The translations under genes were made by a program, and so were the position numbers. The notes under the pieces are model-generated. The model did no database searches and had not been told where the DNA came from. It was given only the letters and a program-made list of their open reading frames with translations. Of a stretch of DNA of 11,840 nucleotides, positions 6,372 to 11,840 are shown piece by piece. Where the stretch lies: assembly GCA_019358935.1 (NCBI GenBank), contig JAHHIK010000169.1, forward strand, positions 1 to 11,840, given 5' to 3'. Numbering within the stretch: position 1 is the first letter of the stretch; the number at the start of each line of letters is the position of its first letter. This DNA comes from Tolypothrix carrinoi HA7290-LM1. Its GTDB lineage: Bacteria; Cyanobacteriota; Cyanobacteriia; Cyanobacteriales; Nostocaceae.

Positions 6372-6779
6372 TTAAGGAACAATCAACACCGGACAAGGTG
6401 AAAGATTCGTCACGCGAGTGGTGACGCTATCTGTCGCACCTTCTTCGGTCAAGCCTAGTCCGCGACAGCCCATGATGATTAAATTGGCATTAATTTCATC
6501 GGCAACGTCACAAATTGTAAAGGCAGGGTTGCCTTCTCTTTCGATGGTTTCGGCTTGAATTCCTTGCTGAGAAAATAAAGCTTGGGCACTTTGCAGCAGT
6601 TTGGCAACTGCTTCGGGTGACATCATGGGATCTGTTGTTGGTGCGTCTGGGTTGGGTTCTTCGACCACAGACAGCAGCACTAAGCGACTACCGTACTTTT
6701 GCACGATGTTGGCAACCACGTCAGCGGCTTCCCGCGCTTCCCGGCTTTGATCGAGTGGAAATAAAACTGTTTTGAACAT
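6372..6779 (-). CDS. Universal stress protein (Usp family)
   Basis: MFKTVLFPLDQS...GNPAFTICDVA...LIIMGCRGLG...SVT.RV.NLSPCPVLIVP. The likely start is ATG 6779, not 6845. Confidence 0.92.
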   Translation of the reverse strand: MFKTVLFPLDQSREAREAADVVANIVQKYGSRLVLLSVVEEPNPDAPTTDPMMSPEAVAKLLQSAQALFSQQGIQAETIEREGNPAFTICDVADEINANLIIMGCRGLGLTEEGATDSVTTRVTNLSPCPVLIVP

Positions 6780-6869
6780 CTGATTCACCTGCGTAGCCCT
6801 TACTCCGGTAAAATCTGGAATGGCTCTACTTACAAAAAATAACAAAAAGGCGATCGCGAGGTTTGTACT

Positions 6870-8072
6870 ATGTCCAAAAAAACTTTAGCAAATTTATCCG
6901 CTTCTGACTTATCCGGCAAACGCGCTTTGGTGCGGGTTGACTTTAACGTGCCTCTAGACGACAGTGGCAACATTACAGACGATACTCGCATTCGCGCCGC
7001 GCTACCAACTATTCAGGATTTAACTCAGAAGGGCGCTAAAGTGATTCTAGTCAGCCATTTTGGGCGTCCTAAAGGCGTGGATGACAAATTGCGCCTAACT
7101 CCAGTTGCAAAGCGCTTGTCTGACTTGCTAGGGCAAGAAGTCGTCAAAACTGATGACTCCATCGGTGATGACGTTGCGGCAAAAGTGGGAGCGTTGCAAA
7201 ATGGACAAGTTCTGTTGCTAGAAAATGTCCGCTTCTACAAAGAAGAGGAAAAAAACGATCCAGAATTTGCGAAAAAACTCGCTGCAAATGCTGATTTGTA
7301 TGTCAATGATGCTTTTGGCACAGCACACCGCGCTCACGCATCTACCGAAGGTGTGACTAAATATCTCAGCCCTTCGGTTGGGGGATATTTGATTGAGAAA
7401 GAATTACAGTATTTGCAAAGTGCGATCGCCAATCCTCAACGTCCTTTAGCAGCAATTATCGGCGGTTCCAAAGTTTCCAGTAAAATCGGTGTAATTGAAG
7501 CACTACTGGAAAAATGCGACAAGCTAATCATCGGCGGTGGTATGATTTTCACTTTCTACAAAGCCCGTGGTTTGAATGTCGGTAAGTCGTTGGTGGAAGA
7601 AGACAAACTAGAATTAGCAAAGTCTTTGGAAGCGAAAGCAAAAGAACGCGGTGTTGATTTGCTGCTTCCCACAGATGTGGTTGTAGCAGATAAATTTGCT
7701 GCTGATGCCAATTCTCAAACCGTCAGCATTGACAATATCCCCGATGGTTGGATGGGTTTGGATATTGGTCCGGACTCAATAAAGGTGTTCCAAGAAGCGC
7801 TTGCTGATTGTAAGACGGTGATTTGGAATGGTCCGATGGGTGTGTTTGAGTTTGATAAATTTGCCGCAGGTACTGAAGCGATCGCTCACACTTTAGCCGA
7901 TATCAGCAAAAAAGGCGCTATCACCATTATCGGCGGTGGCGACTCTGTAGCGGCTGTGGAAAAGGTCGGTTTAGCCGATCAAATGAGCCACATTTCTACA
8001 GGTGGTGGTGCCAGCTTGGAGTTACTCGAAGGTAAGGAATTACCCGGAATCGTCGCTTTAGATGAAGCGTAA
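6870..8072 (+). CDS. pgk: Phosphoglycerate kinase
   Basis: [51 protein letters not shown] and [11 protein letters not shown]. Confidence 0.99.
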   Translation: MSKKTLANLSASDLSGKRALVRVDFNVPLDDSGNITDDTRIRAALPTIQDLTQKGAKVILVSHFGRPKGVDDKLRLTPVAKRLSDLLGQEVVKTDDSIGDDVAAKVGALQNGQVLLLENVRFYKEEEKNDPEFAKKLAANADLYVNDAFGTAHRAHASTEGVTKYLSPSVGGYLIEKELQYLQSAIANPQRPLAAIIGGSKVSSKIGVIEALLEKCDKLIIGGGMIFTFYKARGLNVGKSLVEEDKLELAKSLEAKAKERGVDLLLPTDVVVADKFAADANSQTVSIDNIPDGWMGLDIGPDSIKVFQEALADCKTVIWNGPMGVFEFDKFAAGTEAIAHTLADISKKGAITIIGGGDSVAAVEKVGLADQMSHISTGGGASLELLEGKELPGIVALDEA

Positions 8073-8078
8073 GAAAGT

Positions 8079-8214
8079 GCCTGACGACTAAAGTCGCGGC
8101 GTTGTGCGTACAAAGTCCGCCTTCGCGGACTTCATAAAGCCTGCGTTCGGCTTTGCCGTTGCCGAAGGCTAGGCAGGCTTCGTTTGTGTAGCCCCAGACT
8201 TCCAGTCTGAGGGC
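8079..8214. repeat. Composite palindromic dispersed repeat (REP-doublet/MITE-like)
   Basis: Four hairpins: CGACT-AA-AGTCG (8085-8096), AAGTCCGC-CTTC-GCGGACTT (8113-8132), AAGCCTGC...GCAGGCTT (8137-8180) and GCCC-CAGACT-TCC-AGTCTG-A-GGGC (8191-8214) with GTAG at its foot (8188-8191). Confidence 0.8.
8146..8169. mobile_element. 24-nt SDR-like small insertion nested in a hairpin loop
   Basis: Removing TTCGGCTTTGCCGTTGCCGAAGGC restores AAGCCTGC-GTAG-GCAGGCTT, matching the 8-bp stem and 4-nt loop of the neighbouring hairpin. Confidence 0.6.
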
Positions 8215-8233
8215 GATTTTCTAGGAGATAATT

Positions 8234-8851
8234 GTGGAACCAAAATGGCTGGAATGGGCGCAAAAGTTGAAAGCGATCGCTCAAAATGGTCTGACTTATT
8301 CAGAAAATCCTTTTGATATTCAGCGCTTTCAACAATTGCAAGAAATTACTGCGGAAATTTTATCGACTTATTCAAATACAGAACAAAGCTATATTTTGGA
8401 TTTATTCGCTGGTGATGTCGGCTACGCTACTCCGAAAGTTGATGTGCGCGGAGTTGTCTTTCAAGGCGATACCATATTATTAGTTAAAGAACGAGTAGAC
8501 GGCTGTTGGACTTTACCTGGTGGATGGGCTGATATCGGTGATTCCCCAAGTGAAGTAACTGTGAGAGAAATTTATGAAGAATCCGGTTATTTAACCCGCG
8601 CTGTGAAAGTTTTAGCTGTCTATGACAGAGATAGACAAGGACATCCACCTTTTCTACATTACGTCTATAAGCTGTTTTTTCTGTGTGAATTAGTTGGGGG
8701 TTCTGCTTCAGCAAGTATTGAAACGGAGGAAGTAGGATTTTTTGAAGAAGATAATATTCCTGAGTTATCTTTGGGACGTGTGACACCAGCGCAAATTACA
8801 CGATTTTTTCAACATCACCGCGATCCAAATTTGCCGACGGATTTCGATTAG
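8234..8851 (+). CDS. Nudix hydrolase with N-terminal Nudix_N domain (YjhB-like)
   Basis: WLEWAQKLKAIAQNGLTYS..PFD..RF N-domain, GYATPKVDVRG, and Nudix box GGWADIGDSPSEVTVREIYEESG. Confidence 0.92.
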   Translation: MEPKWLEWAQKLKAIAQNGLTYSENPFDIQRFQQLQEITAEILSTYSNTEQSYILDLFAGDVGYATPKVDVRGVVFQGDTILLVKERVDGCWTLPGGWADIGDSPSEVTVREIYEESGYLTRAVKVLAVYDRDRQGHPPFLHYVYKLFFLCELVGGSASASIETEEVGFFEEDNIPELSLGRVTPAQITRFFQHHRDPNLPTDFD

Positions 8852-8968
8852 GGGGAGTATATATGGCTTCCAAGTTATAGTTTGTCAGCAATTTGCTAGC
8901 ATTATTTTTTATTGATATTCTCAAGTAGTTTTACACTCAATGCCCTTTTAATAATTAGTTGCAGACAA

Positions 8969-9850
8969 ATGACTGAAATTACTCAATACAAACAAGTACA
9001 GCAGCATCCGAGACTCGGAGTTGAAGTGTTACAGGGTTGTAATTTGACTAATTTGACAAACTTACAAATACGTGAATTTAAACAATCGCTTTGGGAACAC
9101 GGTGTTGTTGTAGTTAGACAGCAACATCTTACCGCTTCGCAGTTGGAAGAATTTGCGAGAAATACGTTTGGCGATTTAATGTTTGGTGGCTATTCTAAGA
9201 CATTAGATCCGGATATTAGCCCAGATTTACAAAGTCAATATGTGAATATTTTGGGTAATCCAAAAGGACTCGCTCAAGAAGTGGTAGGAAAGTTTGCTTG
9301 GGAATGGCATCAGGATAAAGATGGCATCCCACGCACAGAGGGACTGGATATGAATGCACTCTATGTGGTAATGCTTTATGGAGTAAAAGTTCCTCCGGAA
9401 GGGATGGATGGGCAACCCCATACAACTGAGTTCCTCGACATGGTAGAAGCGTATAATAATTTGGATCTTCAACATCAGCAGCAATTAGAAAAGATGTTTA
9501 TGTATCACGCACCACCAATGTTTTCTAAAAGTAACAAAACGCCAGTTGATATTCCTCAGAAAGTGCATCCAATTGTGTCTACTCACAAAGTTACAGGTCA
9601 AAAAGGATTATATTTAGGTTCAGATACAGCGATTCCTGTCGGTATGGAAGATAAACCATCAGCAAAACATTTTTGGAATGATTTATTTCAAACTGTTTTA
9701 AATTGCACTCCGGTTTACTCTTATGTTTGGCATCCAGGAGATATTATCTTTTGGGACAATTCACAAGTGATGCATAGAGGTACTTTTTATAATCCAACAA
9801 AGTATCAACGTATTGCATTACGTTTAGGAGTTGTAGATACGCAGATTTGA
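8969..9850 (+). CDS. TauD/TfdA family Fe(II)/2-oxoglutarate dioxygenase
   Basis: LWEHGVVVVRQQHL, HxD motif (WHQD), HPIV..H..TGQKGLY, and W.PGDIIFWDN..VMHRG with a distal Arg. ATG 8969 is preferred over TTG 8912. Confidence 0.88.
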   Translation: MTEITQYKQVQQHPRLGVEVLQGCNLTNLTNLQIREFKQSLWEHGVVVVRQQHLTASQLEEFARNTFGDLMFGGYSKTLDPDISPDLQSQYVNILGNPKGLAQEVVGKFAWEWHQDKDGIPRTEGLDMNALYVVMLYGVKVPPEGMDGQPHTTEFLDMVEAYNNLDLQHQQQLEKMFMYHAPPMFSKSNKTPVDIPQKVHPIVSTHKVTGQKGLYLGSDTAIPVGMEDKPSAKHFWNDLFQTVLNCTPVYSYVWHPGDIIFWDNSQVMHRGTFYNPTKYQRIALRLGVVDTQI

Positions 9851-9907
9851 TGTTTTGAATAAGTACAGTTTTGTGTGAAATCGTAGCAATTTAAGGTTGA
9901 ATTTTAA

Positions 9908-9937
9908 ACGCAGAGGAAGACGCAGAGGTTCGCAGAG
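9908..9937 (+). repeat. Short direct repeats CGCAGAG x3
   Basis: ACGCAGAGG-AAG-ACGCAGAGG-TT-CGCAGAG, between convergent genes. Confidence 0.65.
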
Positions 9938-9959
9938 TTTCACTATGAATTAATCTGTA

Positions 9960-11716
9960 CTAAGGCGTTTTTATCGGTGTGGGTGTAGGTGTTGATGTTG
10001 GCTTTAGTGTGGGTGTTGATGTTGGTGTCGGTGTCGGTGTTGGCGTTAGTGTTGGTGTTGGTGTTGGTGTTAATATCGGTGTAGAAGTTTCGGTGGGTGT
10101 CGGTGTCGGGGATGGTGGTGGTGCGGGATTTTCGGCGGTGATGCTAAGTTGATATAAGAGTGGTTTTGATGCGGTGGAAACGACGACAAACTCATAATAT
10201 CCGTCTTCTGGTAGTTCGGTTGACAAAGTGCGTTTTGTAGAATCTTCTAAAAATTTGATTTTGCCAGAGGGGGAATAAACTGATAGCAAAATTCGAGAAT
10301 TTGCTTGTAGTTTCACATCCATCAATTGATTTTTGGCAAGTTCGGCAATGAATACTTTACCATCAGCAGTTTTGAGAGTACCGCTAACTGTTTTGCTGTT
10401 AGCACCTTTACCAAATACAAGTTTCTCAAAAGCCCTACCTGAAACGATCGCTTGAACTTTATCACTAACAAATCCTTGCCAAACTTGTCCGATGGGTGTA
10501 TCGATAAAATTTTTACCCTGCTGTTCGGGAAATTGCTGATAAAAGGCAACATTAGCCAAATCATATAAAGAACGACTACCAACGTTGATTTCATTGACTT
10601 GGGCTTTAGCGCGATCGCGTTGTGCCGCTGTATAATTTCCTAATTGCTGACGGGCATTTTTACTTAGTGGTGTCAGCTTCTCTAACAATTCGGCGGCTGT
10701 TTTATCCCACTCAGCCCGCAAACTGTCATCTTCAGGATTATCGCTCAGTTTGCGTCCCTTTAAACTAGGATTTTTCTCCCAAAAGACTTGATTTATTAAG
10801 TCAACGTAAAAGTTGAAATCTATACCCAACTGTTGACGGCGATCGCCTAATTTTTCTTTACGTGCGCGTTCTTCGGGTGAGTATTTTGCCAGCGGATCGG
10901 TTAGCTGGTTATTGCTGGGTGTAGGTTGCGCGGTATCCCCTGAAGAATCTCTGCCACGAGACAGTATCAAGTTTGTTCCCAACCAACCAACACCAACAAC
11001 CCCAGCTAGCGCCAATCCCACCAGCAAGCTTTTCCCAGATGTCCACGAATTTTTTGGTTGAGGAATATCGGGGGAGGGAGGAGTGGGGGAGGGAAGAGTG
11101 GGGTTGGGGGGAAGGGGGGAAGGGGGGGCTACTGCTACGGTGGCAGATGTTGGTTCTGTGGATTGAGTCGGGGGATAGTTGACATAAGGCGAGTTTAATG
11201 CATTTAAAACTTGCCGCGCTGATTGAAAGCGATCGCCTGGTATGGGAGATAGCATTCTCTCTAACACCTGTTCTAAATTCGGACTTAAACTAACTTCCCG
11301 TCGCCATTGCCAAGTTAAAGTATAAGTATCAATTAATTCTTGCGGTTGTCTGCCTGTCAGTAAAACTAACACGGTTGCGGCTAAAGCATACAAATCGCTG
11401 TGAGGAGATACCAGCCCGGTTTGCATCTGTTCAGAGGGTGCGTATCCCACCTTACCCAGTAGCGTTGCGGGTGGTGTCGCACCTGCACCGTGTTGGTAAT
11501 ATTCGGAAGCGACGGTTGCGACTACTTGTTTCACCCCGCCAAAGTCAATTAAGATTGGCAATTGGTCAACGCTGCGAAGAATTAAATTATCGGGGGAGAT
11601 ATCGCGGTGAATGACTCCCAAAGAGTGGATATAATCCAAAACTGGCAAAATTTGCAGCAATAACTGACGCACTTCCCCTTCACTAAACCGCAAACCTTGC
11701 TGTAAGCGAGTATTTA
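9960..11716 (-). pseudogene. 3' portion of a Hanks-type membrane Ser/Thr protein kinase, interrupted by an IS200/IS605-family insertion
   Basis: Retains HRDISPDN, DFG, GYAPSEQ and SDLYAL, a Pro-rich linker, a TM helix (LLVGLALAGVVGVGWLG), an external domain and a PT tail. It lacks the Gly-rich loop and the ATP-binding Lys. The first 13 codons of the called ORF lie in IS-end sequence. Confidence 0.85.
9963..10137 (-). repeat. Low-complexity Pro/Thr coding repeat at the kinase C-terminus
   Basis: (GGTGTN)n on the + strand encodes PTPTPT... Confidence 0.9.
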
Positions 11717-11840
11717 TTGACACTCCCCTGATTGTACAAATTTCGCTATCGCTCATTTGTACAGAAAATCAGGGGATTCTACATTCTTCCTAGTTACTTG
11801 CTCTACTAGGGTTTCCCCAAGTAGAGTAGAGGTCACTAGT
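11717..11840 (-). mobile_element. Right end of an IS200/IS605-family (TnpB-type) element, including the likely omega-RNA scaffold; continues beyond the window
   Basis: The minus strand ends GAATCCCCTGAT...ATCAGGGGAGTGTCAA: a subterminal hairpin (11724-11776) followed by the TCAA cleavage tetranucleotide (11720-11717). Kinase-like coding begins immediately after. Additional stems lie upstream (CTCTACT/AGTAGAG). Confidence 0.87.
11753..11839 (-). CDS. tnpB: Probable C-terminal tail of TnpB (partial)
   Basis: Open frame LVTSTLLGETLVEQVTRKNVESPDFLYK* resembles cyanobacterial TnpB tails that run through the omega-RNA region to 'ESP'. The catalytic part is outside the window, so a non-autonomous derivative is not excluded. 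Confidence 0.55.
   Translation of the reverse strand, partial: LVTSTLLGETLVEQVTRKNVESPDFLYK

Larger units (their letters stand above)
2638..11236. repeat. HIP1 octamer GCGATCGC, 10 dispersed copies
   Basis: Copies start at 2638, 2969, 4269, 6850, 7422, 7878, 8273, 10611, 10839 and 11229. Confidence 0.92.

Noticed and set aside
8484..11614. Small ORFs 8484-8786, 9216-9425, 9227-9484, 10322-10594, 10973-11182 and 11375-11614
   Set aside because: All lie inside longer motif-supported genes on the other strand or frame and show no independent coding signal.
11717..11840. IStron (group I intron-IS fusion) that would splice out of the kinase mRNA
   Set aside because: The element ends in TCAA rather than the terminal G that group I splicing requires, and no ribozyme core is visible in the window.

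Overview
Chromosomal window from a cyanobacterium, probably a Nostocales member (ten HIP1 GCGATCGC sites, STRR/REP-like intergenic repeats). Both ends contain a mobile element that the ORF track misses. Positions 1-125 are the 3' end (domains V-VI) of a group IIB intron inserted in phase 0 near the start of an Rpn-family (PD-(D/E)XK) gene, which also has a candidate internal RpnS start. Positions 11717-11840 are the right end (TCAA) of an IS200/IS605 TnpB-type element that splits a membrane Ser/Thr kinase gene. Housekeeping genes lie between them: PIN/TRAM protein, hemW, universal stress protein, pgk, a Nudix hydrolase and a TauD-family dioxygenase. Behind hemW is an accessory array of one orphan small ORF and three PIN-type toxin-antitoxin pairs; two of these are a tandemly duplicated DUF433-DUF5615 module with mosaic divergence. 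The window also has an uncalled, frameshifted CxxC...CxxC mini-gene and a 24-nt element nested inside a palindromic repeat. All family calls come from motif recognition, not database searches.
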